A stretch of DNA of 54,081 bases from an uncultured Pseudomonadota bacterium (GCA_963847705.1 CAWKBC010000003.1:1-54081), one strand, 5' to 3'; positions 29,225 through 39,372 are shown, counted from the first letter of the stretch. A program made the numbers and translations. The notes: generated by a model not told the origin, from the letters alone.

Positions 29225-30394
29225 ACCGGGCGCAGACGCCGCCCGGGCGAAGTGCGTGATGCCGCGGCGCCGCGCGTAGAGCACGACCGCCAGCGGAAAG
29301 AGCTCGCCCACCGCGGCGAGGGCGAACAGCGTGCTCGGGCCGGCGCTGTCGTAGAGGCGGCCGACAGCCAGGTTGCCCACGGCGCCGCCCAGGTTGATCG
29401 CCATGACCAGCAGCGCCTGGCCGGTGGCGCGCAGCTTGGGGGGGACGGTGGCGGCCACCAGCGCGATCGCGGCGCTCCAGAACATGCCGAACGTCATCCC
29501 GTGCAGCGCCTGCAGGCCGATGAGCGCCGCTGGCGCGCGCAGCACCGCGTTTCCCACCCAGCGCAGCGCGCTGGCGACGAAGGCGGCGGCCAGCAGCGCG
29601 TCGAGGCTGAAGCGGGCGTGCAGGCGATGGAAATGGAGCAGCACCAGCATCTCCGCGGTCACGCCGATCGCGTAGGCGACGCCCCACCAGAGCGGGTCGA
29701 GCCCGAGATCGCGCAGGAAGACGCCAAAGAAGACGTTGTAGGGGGACATGCAGGCCCAGTGCAGGGCCCCCGCCAGCAGGAGCAGGCGCAGCCCCGGCTC
29801 GCCGAGCAGCGTGCGAATGTCGCCGGCGCGCGGGCGGGTGGTCGGCTCGCCAGTCCCCCCGAGGCTGAGCGAGGCGACGAAGGCGGCCGCCAGCGCCGCC
29901 CAGATCGCGCACGGCACCAGCGGACCGCGCAGCCGCAGCAGGTAAGGTCCGAGCAGCGCCCCGACGGTGAGCACCGCCAGGACGTAGCCGAGGGAGCCCC
30001 AGAGGCGGATCCGGCCATAGATGGCGCCGGCCCGCACGCGCGCGACCGCCAGCGCGTCGGCCATGCCGCCCATCCCGACGTAGAAGGTCGCGTAGGCGAG
30101 GTAGCCGAGCAGGATCAGCGCGAAGCTGCTCGCCGCCCGCCCGTGCGCCCAGGCGAGCGGGGTGAACCCCACGAACGCGCCGAAGGAGATGAGCTGCAGC
30201 ACGCGATCGTGTCGCTGCGTCCGGTCGGCCAGCCAGGCCCATCCGAGCGGCACCGACAGCGCCAGCAGGGGCGAGACGGCCATGGCCGTCGAGATCTGCG
30301 TGCCGGTCAGCCCCAGCGCCCGCAGGTGCGCCGGCATGAAGGCCATCCCGATCGCCGCCACCTGAAACAGGAAGAAGTAGAAGACCTCGATCAC
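29195..30394 (-). CDS. MFS transporter (MFS_1-like, YGRIRLWGSLG type)
   Basis: ~12 hydrophobic segments, W.WLADR, YGRIRLWGSLGY, LQALHG.TFG; GTG overlaps the upstream TGA. Confidence 0.9.
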   Translation of the reverse strand: MIEVFYFFLFQVAAIGMAFMPAHLRALGLTGTQISTAMAVSPLLALSVPLGWAWLADRTQRHDRVLQLISFGAFVGFTPLAWAHGRAASSFALILLGYLAYATFYVGMGGMADALAVARVRAGAIYGRIRLWGSLGYVLAVLTVGALLGPYLLRLRGPLVPCAIWAALAAAFVASLSLGGTGEPTTRPRAGDIRTLLGEPGLRLLLLAGALHWACMSPYNVFFGVFLRDLGLDPLWWGVAYAIGVTAEMLVLLHFHRLHARFSLDALLAAAFVASALRWVGNAVLRAPAALIGLQALHGMTFGMFWSAAIALVAATVPPKLRATGQALLVMAINLGGAVGNLAVGRLYDSAGPSTLFALAAVGELFPLAVVLYARRRGITHFARAASAPGPLSRVSERG

Positions 30395-31586
30395 TCGCGC
30401 TCGGGCTCGCCCTCGTCGCTGGCGCGAAACGGGGAGTGGGCCGCGTACTCCACCACCTCGGCCGCCACCCCGTCCGCCTCGCGCACCAGGAAGGAGCCGA
30501 TGGCCTCGGAGAGCCCCGGGTGGCGGATCCAGTGCGCGCTGTGGGTGAACGCCGGGGCGAGGCCGCGTTTGAGCTTGTGCTCCCCCTGCGCGCCCGCCTC
30601 GAACAGCGTCTGGCGCCGCGCGATGGCCCGCTCGATGAGCTGGTAGTAGCAGAGCTCGAAGTGCAGCATCTGGAAGTCGGCCAGGCAGCCCCAGTAGCGG
30701 CCGTAGAGGTGGGCCCCCTTCTCGAAGTTGATCGTCCCGGCGACCGGCTTGGTCCCCTGGTAGGCCAGCGTGGCCACCAGGCGATGCCCCAGCGTCTCCC
30801 GCGCGATCTCGAAGAACGCGGCGCTGAGAGTAGGCGTGGCCGCCGTGGCGGTCGACGTTCTCGACGTAGAACGCGCGCAGCGCCTTCCAGTCGCGCGTCT
30901 CCAGCTCGGCGCCGGTGGCGGTGCGGAAGGTGAGGCCGTGCTCCGCCGCCACCCGGCGCTCCTTGCGCACCTGCTTGCGGTTCTGCGAGCGAAAGGTCGA
31001 CAGGTAGTCCTCGAAGCTCTCGAACGGGCGCCCCGGGCGGTTGTGCCAGTGAAACTGCATGCTGAGGCGCGGGAAGTAGCCGCGCGCGGCCAGCACCTGC
31101 TTCTCGGCCTCGGTGCAGAACAGAAAGTGGATCGACGAGGCCTGCTCGTCTTCGGCGACCTCGCGCACGCCCCGGAGCAGCGCCGAGACGCACCGCCGGC
31201 GCGTCGACGTCCGGCGCCTCCAGCAGCGGCAGGCGCCGGCCGGTGGCCGGCGTGAAGGGGATCGCCGCCACCAGCTTGGGGTAATAGCGGACGCCCGAGC
31301 GATGCGCGGCGTTGGCCCAGGCCCAGTCGAAGATGAACTCGCCGTAGCTGTTGGTCTTGAGGTAGAGCGGCACCGCGCCGACCAGCAACCGGGCGCCGTC
31401 GCGGGCGAGCACGATCCGCGGCACGCAGCCCGCCGCCTCGCCCACGCTCCCCGACGCCTCCAGCGCCGCCAGGAACGCATGCTCGAGAAAGGGATCGTCG
31501 TCGCCCGCCAGGCGATCCCACTCGCTGGCCGCGACGGCCGTGACGCTCTCGACGATCTCCAGCTCGATGATGCCCGAGCCTAGCAA
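30391..31586 (-). CDS. FemAB-like GNAT protein (DUF482 family), two frameshifts (~31190, ~30830)
   Basis: PFLEHAFL.ALE.SG, PLYLK..SYGEFIFDW.WA, YYPKL..AIPFTPATG, QFHW.N, LYGRYWG, LHFELCYYQ, EAGAQGEHK across three frames. Confidence 0.88.
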
Positions 31587-31626
31587 AAAAATAACCGCGA
31601 CCGGGGTCCGGAACCGGCCACGCTCG

Positions 31627-31674
31627 CCGTCCCGTCCCGTCCCGTCCCGTCCCGTCCCGTCCCGTCCCGTCCCG
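31627..31674. repeat. Pentanucleotide microsatellite (CCCGT)~9.5
   Basis: Directly visible perfect repeat in the intergenic region. Confidence 0.95.
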
Positions 31675-31689
31675 GCGCGGTCGTTGGTC

Positions 31690-32727
31690 TCAGAAGCAGG
31701 TCGCGGAGAAGAGCACGTTGAAGGCGCCCGCGGACCAGGAGGTGTTCGGGTCGTCCTTGTCCTTCATCGAGCCGGCCCCCACGAACTCCAGCGCCACGCC
31801 CAGCCCCCAGTGCTCGGAGACCCAGAACTCCTTGCCGATCATCCCCTGGAACCCCAGCCCGAAGTCCGACTCACGGATGGTCTTGCCGTCCGAGTCGTCG
31901 GCCTCGAACTGCACCGCCGCCACCGCGCCGGAGATGAAGATGTTGACGGGCATGAAGTAGTAGACGACGCCAGCCCCGAAACCCCCGACCAGGGTGTCGG
32001 TGTTGGTGTCGGTGGTGTATCCGGCGCCCGAGAACTTCGCCTGCGAGGAGCCGGTGAAGAAGAGGTTGCCGAAGAGAGCGAGGTTCGGGGCCACCGCGCC
32101 GCCCACCGCGATGTCCAACGAAGGGCCGCCGCCCGAGTACTTGAGGGTGTTGCCGCTCCCGTCGGAGCCGCTGACCGAGGTGAAGCCGCCACCGAGGTGC
32201 AGATGAAGGTAGACGCCGCTGTGGGTCGGCTCGGTCGGCGCAGGCGGGGCGTAGCGCGGCGGCGCGTAGCCCGGCGGATATCCCGGGGGCGCGTAGCCCG
32301 GGGCATAACCGGGGGGCGCGTAGCCCGGGGCATAACCGGGGGGCGCGTAGCCCGGGGGATAGGCCTGCCCCGGCGGCGCATAACCTTCCTGGCCGGAGGG
32401 CGGGTAACCCGGCTGGCCGGGCGGCGGGGAGCCGGGCTGGCCGGGCGGGGGGTAACCGGGCTGGCCGGGCGGGGGATAACCGGGCTGGCCGGGCGGGGGG
32501 TAACCGGGCTGGCTTGGCGGTGGAGACGACGGTTGCGCCGCCGGTGGGGCGGGCGGCGCGGGCGGCGCGTCGCTGCCGGGCGCCGGCGCAGGCGTGGTCA
32601 CGGAGGGGGCGTCGTTGCCGGTCGGAGGGGGCGTCTCTTGGGCGCGCACAGCGCGCGGGACGGCCGACAGCGCCACCCACAGGGCGAGCGTGAAGGCTCC
32701 GAGACGAACTTTGCCAAGCACGGTCAT
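31690..32727 (-). CDS. Outer-membrane beta-barrel protein with Pro-rich (PGYPP/GQPGYPPP) N-terminal repeats
   Basis: Signal peptide ending AVRA-Q, H.GVYL.L.LGGG start of barrel, alternating strands, terminal F; AAGGAG RBS. Confidence 0.8.
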   Translation of the reverse strand: MTVLGKVRLGAFTLALWVALSAVPRAVRAQETPPPTGNDAPSVTTPAPAPGSDAPPAPPAPPAAQPSSPPPSQPGYPPPGQPGYPPPGQPGYPPPGQPGSPPPGQPGYPPSGQEGYAPPGQAYPPGYAPPGYAPGYAPPGYAPGYAPPGYPPGYAPPRYAPPAPTEPTHSGVYLHLHLGGGFTSVSGSDGSGNTLKYSGGGPSLDIAVGGAVAPNLALFGNLFFTGSSQAKFSGAGYTTDTNTDTLVGGFGAGVVYYFMPVNIFISGAVAAVQFEADDSDGKTIRESDFGLGFQGMIGKEFWVSEHWGLGVALEFVGAGSMKDKDDPNTSWSAGAFNVLFSATCF

Positions 32728-32873
32728 GGGCGACTCCTTTGGTTGAGCAAACGCCTCCCCCGGCTCGATTTTCGCCGCCTCCGGCAGTCGCGTCAACGGA
32801 GCGACCTCACGATGGCCGGCACCTGCTGCTGGCACCCGCGCGCCCGGCGTGGAAAAGTGGCAGCTCGGCCGTA

Positions 32874-33311
32874 GTGGAAACCGCGACGCAGCTGTTCGAC
32901 CGGGTGGTGCACTTCCTGAAGAAGGGGGGGCTCTGGTGGGGGCTGGCGATCTCCGTCGGCGCCGCCGTGCTCACGCTCGCGCTGGCGACCGCGGTCGTCG
33001 TCGCCTGGCCGGCGGATCGGTTCAAGGGGGAAGGTCCGACCGACGTCGGCCGCCACCGTCACGTCGTCATTCGAGCGTTCGCGCTGGTGGCGAAGAACCT
33101 GGCGGGCGCCGTCTTGGTGCTCCTCGGCCTCATCATGGCGCTGCCGGGCGTGCCGGGGCAGGGGCTGCTCACCGCGCTCATCGGCCTCACCCTGCTCAGC
33201 TTTCCGGGCAAGCGGCGGCTCGAGCGCCGCTTCGTCCGGATCCCGGCGCTGCTCGGCGCCATCAACCGCCTGCGCGCGCGGTTCGCGCGTCCACCGCTGG
33301 AGATCGACTGA
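32874..33311 (+). CDS. PGPGW-domain membrane protein
   Basis: KNLAG..LVLLGLIM.LPGVPGQGLLT.LIGL.L..FPGK. Confidence 0.8.
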   Translation: METATQLFDRVVHFLKKGGLWWGLAISVGAAVLTLALATAVVVAWPADRFKGEGPTDVGRHRHVVIRAFALVAKNLAGAVLVLLGLIMALPGVPGQGLLTALIGLTLLSFPGKRRLERRFVRIPALLGAINRLRARFARPPLEID

Positions 33312-34567
33312 TGGGCGTGGTCGGCATCGTCGTGCTGCTGGGGATCGCCTTCGCGCTGTCGAACGATCGGCGCCGCGCGGTCAACGGGCGGATCCTGGGC
33401 TGGGGGCTGGGGCTGCAGTTCGCGATGGCGCTGTTCGCGCTGCGGACGCGCGCCGGCGTTCGCCTGTTCACGTTCCTCAACGATCTGGCCGACGCCTTCG
33501 TGGGGTTCGCCGACGCCGGGATCCGTTTCGTGTTCGGCGACTGGCCGGCCGCGACCGTCGTGCAGACGCCCATGCCTGGCGGCGGCGCCGGCTTCCGACC
33601 CGCGATGGTGGGCTTCGTGCTGGCGATCAAGGTCCTGCCGATCATCATCTTCGTCGCCAGCCTGATGGCCGTCGGCTACCACCTGGGGATCATGCAGCGG
33701 ATCGTGGCGCTGCTGGCCCGGGGCCTCTCGAAGTCGATGCACATCTCGGGCGCCGAGGCGCTCTCCACGGTGGGTGACATCTTTTTGGGGATGACCGAGG
33801 CGCCGCTGCTGGTGCGGCCCTACGTCGCGCGCATGACCGAGAGCGAGCTCTTCGCCGTGATGTGCGCGGGGATGGCGACCATCTCGGGCAGCGTGCTTCT
33901 GGCCTACGTGGCGATGGGCGTCGACGCCGGCTACCTCATCACGGCCTCGTTCATGAGCGCGCCGGCGGCGGTGATGTTTGCCAAGATCATGATCCCCGAG
34001 ACGGGGACGCCCGAGACCTCGGACGCCGCGCGCGTCTCGGTCCCGCAGCTCGACGTCAACATCGTCGACGCGGCCGCGCGCGGCGCCGGCGAGGGGCTGC
34101 AGCTGGCGCTCAACGTCGGCGGGATGCTGATCGCCTTCGTCGCGCTGGTCAGCATGTGCGATCACGGAGTCAGCTGGCTGGGCGGCCTCGTCGGCCACCC
34201 CGGCTGGTCGCTGGGGCGCCTCTTCGGCGCGCCGCTGACGCCGCTCGCCTGGGTGATGGGCGTCCCCTGGAGCGAGGCGCCCTTCGTCGGCCAGCTGCTC
34301 GGCACCAAGACGGTGCTCAACGAGTTCATCGCCTACCAGATGATGACCAGCCACCCGGCGCTGCTGTCGGCGAAGAGCCTGCGCATCGCCAGCTTCGCGC
34401 TCTGCGGGTTCGCCAACTTCGGCTCGCTGGCGATCGTGCTGGGCGGCCTCGGCGGCATGGTCCCGGAGCGGCGCAAGGATCTGGCGCGGCTCGGGCTCCG
34501 GTCGATCATTGCGGGCTCGCTGGCGACGTTCCTGACCGGCACGATCGCGGGGCTGATCGCGCCGTAG
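33311..34567 (+). CDS. nupC: Concentrative nucleoside transporter (NupC/CNT family)
   Basis: VLPIIIF, IFLGMTEAPL, MATISGSVL, TASFMSAPA, KTVLNEFIAY, FALCGFANFGS. Confidence 0.93.
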   Translation: MGVVGIVVLLGIAFALSNDRRRAVNGRILGWGLGLQFAMALFALRTRAGVRLFTFLNDLADAFVGFADAGIRFVFGDWPAATVVQTPMPGGGAGFRPAMVGFVLAIKVLPIIIFVASLMAVGYHLGIMQRIVALLARGLSKSMHISGAEALSTVGDIFLGMTEAPLLVRPYVARMTESELFAVMCAGMATISGSVLLAYVAMGVDAGYLITASFMSAPAAVMFAKIMIPETGTPETSDAARVSVPQLDVNIVDAAARGAGEGLQLALNVGGMLIAFVALVSMCDHGVSWLGGLVGHPGWSLGRLFGAPLTPLAWVMGVPWSEAPFVGQLLGTKTVLNEFIAYQMMTSHPALLSAKSLRIASFALCGFANFGSLAIVLGGLGGMVPERRKDLARLGLRSIIAGSLATFLTGTIAGLIAP

Positions 34568-34606
34568 CTCCCATGAGGCAGATCCTGGCGTGCGTGACGC
34601 GCCCGC

Positions 34607-34774
34607 TCACTGGCCTGGCGGCGGCTGCCCAGCTCGACCTTGTTTCCCTCTGGATCAATCACCCAGGCAAGCTTTCCCGGACTCGGAGTGGTCGATCTTC
34701 TCGAGCACGTTGCAGCCGTCTTCCTTCAACACCTTGACCTGACCAATGACTGGGAGGTCTTCCACCCGGAGAAA
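34607..34774 (-). pseudogene. Remnant of a VOC/glyoxalase-family gene (3' part)
   Basis: RVEDL...VLKEDGCNVLEKIDHSESGK / AWVIDPEGNKVEL / QPPPGQ* across several frames; no recognisable 5' half. Confidence 0.7.
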
Positions 34775-34918
34775 CGCGGCGTGAGCAGGCGCCTCGACCC
34801 TGTCGAGCGGTGTCAGGGGCGTGGCGCTCTCCTCAGATCGCTCTTGACTGAGCTCCGCCGCGGGCAATAGTTTGTCGGGCGCCAATCGCCACTGTCAGCC
34901 TTGCTGGAGGACTAACTT

Positions 34919-36046
34919 ATGATGTTGCGAAAGTTGATCGCCGGAGCCCTGGTCTGCGCTGCCGCCTCTCTTGCGGCCTGCTCGTCGAATGATGCGCCAG
35001 GCACCGCCACCGGCGGGAGCGGAGGCTCCAGCGCCACCGGCGGCAGCGGCGCCTCGACGGCCACGGGCGGCACCGGCGGCCCCACCGGCTCGCTCCCCCA
35101 GCTCACCGTGAGCGGCAACAAGCTCCAGGACCCGAGCGGCAAGACGATCGTGCTTCGCGGCTCATCGCTCATCGACATCGGCGCGCTCTACGTCACCAGC
35201 GACGTCAGCACCCGTCTCGACTTGATCGCCGCCGCGGGGGTCGAGGGACACGTGGTGCGGATGCCGGTCTACCCGAAGATCAACTACAACAGCGGCAAGC
35301 CCTACTGCTCGGCCTCTCCCTACCCGGTCGGCACCGGCCCCGGTGCCAGCTGCACGCCCTCCACCACCGGGTTCTCGGCGTCGGACTACGTCGCCAAGGT
35401 CCTCAAGCCGGCGGTCGACTACGCCACCAGCAAGAGCCTCTACGTCATCATCGACTTCCACCAGATCGACAACGCCACCAGCGGCACGTCGGCCGCCGAC
35501 GCGAACACCTTCTGGACGGACATCGCCCCCCAGTTCGCCAGCTACACCAACGTCCTCTACGAGATCTTCAACGAGCCGATCGATACGTCGGTCCCCTGGT
35601 CGACGCTGAAGCCTGTGGTGCAGGGTCTCATCAACACCGTCCGCGCGGGCGCGCCGAACAACATCATCGTCGTCCCCTCGAACAGCTGGGATCAGCACAC
35701 CGGGGACGCCGCCAACGACCCGCCGACCGGCGGCAACCTGATGTTCACCGCGCACATCTATGCCGACAACTGGAACTCGACGTTCCAGAGCCAGGTGGCG
35801 GCCGCGTCGGCGAAGGTGCCGGTGTTCATCACCGAGTGGGGCTACAGCAACTCGGACTCGAGCAGCTTCGGGCCGGGGCTGCAGACCACCGTCGACGGCG
35901 ACGGCGCCAGCTGGACGGCCTGGGTGACCGACAATTCGTGGGCGCCCGCGATGTTCACGGACCCGGCGATCACCATGCTCTCCACCTTCGGCACGCAGGT
36001 GAAGAGCTGGCTGGCCGCGACCGCCAGCAGCGACTGGGTCCAGTAA
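34919..36046 (+). CDS. Glycoside hydrolase family 5 (cellulase-like) lipoprotein
   Basis: Lipobox LAAC, Gly/Ser/Thr linker, YVIIDFH, EIFNEP (acid/base), AHIY, FITEWG (nucleophile). Confidence 0.92.
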   Translation: MMLRKLIAGALVCAAASLAACSSNDAPGTATGGSGGSSATGGSGASTATGGTGGPTGSLPQLTVSGNKLQDPSGKTIVLRGSSLIDIGALYVTSDVSTRLDLIAAAGVEGHVVRMPVYPKINYNSGKPYCSASPYPVGTGPGASCTPSTTGFSASDYVAKVLKPAVDYATSKSLYVIIDFHQIDNATSGTSAADANTFWTDIAPQFASYTNVLYEIFNEPIDTSVPWSTLKPVVQGLINTVRAGAPNNIIVVPSNSWDQHTGDAANDPPTGGNLMFTAHIYADNWNSTFQSQVAAASAKVPVFITEWGYSNSDSSSFGPGLQTTVDGDGASWTAWVTDNSWAPAMFTDPAITMLSTFGTQVKSWLAATASSDWVQ

Positions 36047-36137
36047 CGCTCGCCGCGCCCGGCGCCGGCTGGCAGCAGGCGGGGCGCGAGTACCCCAGCT
36101 CAACCGGGCGTCGCGGGGCGCTCCCGTTGAACCGGCG

Positions 36138-36476
36138 TCAACGTCCGGTTGCCGCGGAGCTGCCGCGCGCCGCGGAACAGGCCTCGCACGGGCAGTTGGC
36201 GCGCAGCTCGCGGAAGTTGTAGATGCCGGTCGAGTGGCCGTCGCTCCACTGGATCAGGATGGCGTATTGCCCGACCATCTCGATCTGCTTGGCCTGGACC
36301 TGGGGCGGGACGGTCGCCGGCTCGAGCAGCGCGCGGCCGGAGGTCTCCTCGATGCACCCGGCGCAGCGGCAGGCGAGGCGCAGCTCGCGGGCGGGGTAGC
36401 GCGTCTCGTGGCCGTCGTCCCACTTGAAGGTGATCGTCGAGCGCAGGAGGCCGACGATCTCATCGGGCATCGGCAT
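36138..36476 (-). CDS. DUF971 (GBBH N-terminal-like) protein
   Basis: W.DGH...Y....LR..C.CA.C, VGQYAI...WSDGHSTGIY. Confidence 0.9.
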   Translation of the reverse strand: MPMPDEIVGLLRSTITFKWDDGHETRYPARELRLACRCAGCIEETSGRALLEPATVPPQVQAKQIEMVGQYAILIQWSDGHSTGIYNFRELRANCPCEACSAARGSSAATGR

Positions 36477-36477
36477 G

Positions 36478-37077
36478 TCAGCCCACCTTCTCGCCGTGCG
36501 CGCGTTTGTCGTGCGCGCGCGCGCGGCGCAAGAGCAGCTGCAGCAGGGGCGCCGCGTGCAAGGCCTGCACGAACCCGCCGCCCTCGATCAACGCCTCGAC
36601 CTGGTCGAGCGGGGTGAGGTGAACGGTGATCTCCTCGCTCTCCTCCGGCGCGGCGGCGCCGGCCGTCACCCCCTCGGCGAGGAACGTGTAGGTGAGGTTG
36701 TTCTGCAGCGCCGGGTTCGCCGACAGCGTGGTCAGCAGCGACCAGCGCCCGCCGCTGTAACCGGTCTCCTCGCGCAGCTCGCGGCGCGCCGCCTCCTCGA
36801 GAGACTTGTCCTCCGGGTCGGTGGTGCCGGCGGGGAGCTCGTAGTGGACGGCGCCGATGCCGTGGCGGTACTGCCGGATCAGCACCACCTCGTCACGGTC
36901 GGTCAGCGCGACCACGTTCACCCAGGGGGGGTACTCGTTGATCCAGTACTCGGGGATGATCGTGCCGTTCGGCATCTCGACCCGGTCGACCCGCACGGTG
37001 TACCAGAGCTTTCTCGCCAGGTACTCGCGGGTGAGGACCTTCCAGGGGCCGGGATCGTCGTCGAAGTGGTCAGGCAT
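36478..37077 (-). CDS. NUDIX hydrolase (ADP-ribose pyrophosphatase-like)
   Basis: RQYRH, ELPAG, AARRELREETGY Nudix box. Confidence 0.92.
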   Translation of the reverse strand: MPDHFDDDPGPWKVLTREYLARKLWYTVRVDRVEMPNGTIIPEYWINEYPPWVNVVALTDRDEVVLIRQYRHGIGAVHYELPAGTTDPEDKSLEEAARRELREETGYSGGRWSLLTTLSANPALQNNLTYTFLAEGVTAGAAAPEESEEITVHLTPLDQVEALIEGGGFVQALHAAPLLQLLLRRARAHDKRAHGEKVG

Positions 37078-37795
37078 GCGCCCCGATGATGCCACGTGCG
37101 CGCTCGAAAACCGCCCGCATCATCGGCGCCGTCAGCTTGCCGGTGTTGGTGTTCTGGCGGCTCGGGTGGTAGCAGCCGAGGAGCAGGGGAAGCCCGGCGC
37201 CCAGATCGGCCTCGCTGCCGTGCCCGAAGGCGGGGCGTGGCCGCGGGCGGACCCCGTGGGTCGCCGCCAGGTAGGCGAGGTAGGCGTCGTGGCCGATCTT
37301 GCCGAGCGCGAGCACCACGCGCACCCGGGGGAGGGCGGCGATCTCGGCGGTCAGGTGGCGCCGGCATCGGACGATCTCGCCGGGGGTCGGCTTGTTGGCG
37401 GGGGGCGCGCAGCGGACCGCCGCCAGGATGTAGGCGTCGCGCAGGGTGAGCCCGTCGTCGGGGCGCTGCGAGGTGGGGATGTTGGCGAACCCGGTGGCAT
37501 GGAGCGCCGCCGCCAGAAAGTCGCCCGAGCCGTCACCGGTGAAGACGCGTCCCGTCCGGTTCGCGCCGTGCGCGGCGGGTGCCAGCCCGACCAGCAGGAG
37601 GCGCGCGTCCGGGTCGCCGAACCCCGGCACCGGCCGCCCCCAGTAGGTCTCGTCGCGGTGGGCGGTCTTCTTTTCGCGCGCGACCTTCTGGCAGTAGCGG
37701 CGGAGCCGCGGGCAGTCTTCACAGGCGACGATCGCCTGGCGGACCGAGGCCAGTGAGGCAGAGGGCTCAGCCCTTCGGATGGTCGTCGCTTTCAA
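37070..37795 (-). CDS. Uracil-DNA glycosylase family 5 (UdgB-like)
   Basis: CEDCPRL, YWGRPVPGFGD, GLAPAAHGANRTGRVFTGD, CAPP.NKP, YHPSRQNTNTG; start uncertain. Confidence 0.92.
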   Translation of the reverse strand: MKATTIRRAEPSASLASVRQAIVACEDCPRLRRYCQKVAREKKTAHRDETYWGRPVPGFGDPDARLLLVGLAPAAHGANRTGRVFTGDGSGDFLAAALHATGFANIPTSQRPDDGLTLRDAYILAAVRCAPPANKPTPGEIVRCRRHLTAEIAALPRVRVVLALGKIGHDAYLAYLAATHGVRPRPRPAFGHGSEADLGAGLPLLLGCYHPSRQNTNTGKLTAPMMRAVFERARGIIGAHA

Positions 37796-38153
37796 CTGGG
37801 TAGCCAGCTTCCCGCCAGGCGCGCATACCGCCGTCCATGGAGATGACGTTGGTGTAGCCCATCTTCTGCAGGTTGTCGGCCGCCAGCGCCGAGCGGAAGC
37901 CGCCGCCACAGTAGAGGACGATCGGCGCGTCATGGTCGGGGATCATCGTCTCCACGTCGCGCTCGAGCACGCCGCGGCCCAGGTGCCGCGCCCCGCGCGC
38001 CCGATCGACCGCGAATTCGCCGTCCTCGCGCACGTCGATGAAGTGGAACCGCTCGCCGCGGTCGAGCCGGCCCTTCACGGCCGCGATGTCGCACTCCTGG
38101 ACGCGTGTCTTCGCGTCGTTCACCAGCGCGAGGAATCCCAGGCTATGCTTCAT
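37767..38153 (-). CDS. Rhodanese-like sulfurtransferase
   Basis: DVRE..EF, RGVLERD, YCGGGFRSALAA, SMDGG...W. Confidence 0.92.
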   Translation of the reverse strand: MKHSLGFLALVNDAKTRVQECDIAAVKGRLDRGERFHFIDVREDGEFAVDRARGARHLGRGVLERDVETMIPDHDAPIVLYCGGGFRSALAADNLQKMGYTNVISMDGGMRAWREAGYPVESDDHPKG

Positions 38154-38247
38154 GGTCACAAAGATATCACTGCCACAACACCCCGCGCGCTCTGCGGATT
38201 GACACCGCCGGGGCCGCTCTCTTACAACATCTTTGCAAAGGTCATTC

Positions 38248-39359
38248 GTGTCCGAGAAACGGGATTACTACGAAGTGCTGAGCGTCGAGCGAACGGTCGA
38301 CGCCGCTGAGCTCAAGCGCGCTTACCGCCGGATGGCGATGGAGCTGCACCCCGACCGCAACCCCGGAAACGCCGAGGCCGAGCACGGCTTCAAGGAGGCG
38401 TCGGAGGCCTACCAGGTCCTCTCCGATCCCCAGAAGCGCGCCCAGTACGACCGGTTCGGCCATGCGGGCCCCGGGATGAACTTCGGCGGCGGCGCCGGGT
38501 TTCGCGATGTGGGCGACATCTTCTCCGCCTTCTCGGACATCTTCGGCGACATCTTCGGCGGCGCCGCCGGGGCCGGCCGGCGCGGGCCGGCGCGCGGCGG
38601 CGACATCGAGACGCGCGTCTCCATCACGCTGCTCGAGGCGGCCGCGGGCGTGACCAAGGAGATCGCCATCCTGCGCAACACCAGCTGCGCCACCTGCGGC
38701 GGCAGCGGCGCCGCGCCCGGGACGCAACCCGAGGCCTGCCAGCACTGCGGTGGCCGCGGCCAGGTCATGCACTCGCAGGGCTTCCTGATGATCTCGTCGA
38801 CCTGCCCGGTCTGCCGCGGCGAGGGGCGCGTCGTCCGCAAGCCCTGCACCCAGTGCGACGGAAGCGGCGTCGACCAGCTGGAGGACACCATTGCAGATCT
38901 CGATCCCCGCCGGGGTGGAGAACGGCTCGACCTTGCGGCTGATGGGGCGGGGCGAGGCGGCGCCGCGGGGCGGGCCAGCCGGGGAACCTCTACGTCGTCC
39001 TGCGCGTCGAGGACGACGAGCGCTTCGAGCGCGACGGCGCCGACCTGCACACCGAGGTCGAGGTCACCTTCCCGCAGCTGGCGCTGGGCGACAGGATCGC
39101 GGTGCCGACGCTGGAGGGCGACGCGGAGGTGGAGATCGCGCCGGGGACCCAGCCGGGCGAGACCATCCCGCTCACCGGGCACGGCATGCCGCGGCTCGGT
39201 GCGCGCGGCAAGGGGGACGTCGTCGCCCACCTCAAGCTGGTGGTCCCGCCCGCGCTCAGCGCCGAGGAGGAGACCCACCTGCGCGCCTACGCGGCGGCCG
39301 GCGGCCAGCGCGTCAGCCCCGAAAAGAGCGGCTTCTTCCGGCGCAAAAAGAAGAAGTAG
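38248..39359 (+). CDS. dnaJ: Chaperone DnaJ (frameshifts ~38890 and ~38978)
   Basis: J-domain with HPD, G/F region, four CxxCxGxG repeats, IPAGV..G, GNLYV, VPTLEG, GTQPG across three frames. Confidence 0.95.
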
Positions 39360-39372
39360 CCCGGTCTCTTCA

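Noticed and set aside
29195-31480. 761-aa GNAT-MFS fusion ORF
   Set aside because: Artefact of GNAT frameshifts; the GNAT ends at TGA 30391, overlapping the MFS GTG
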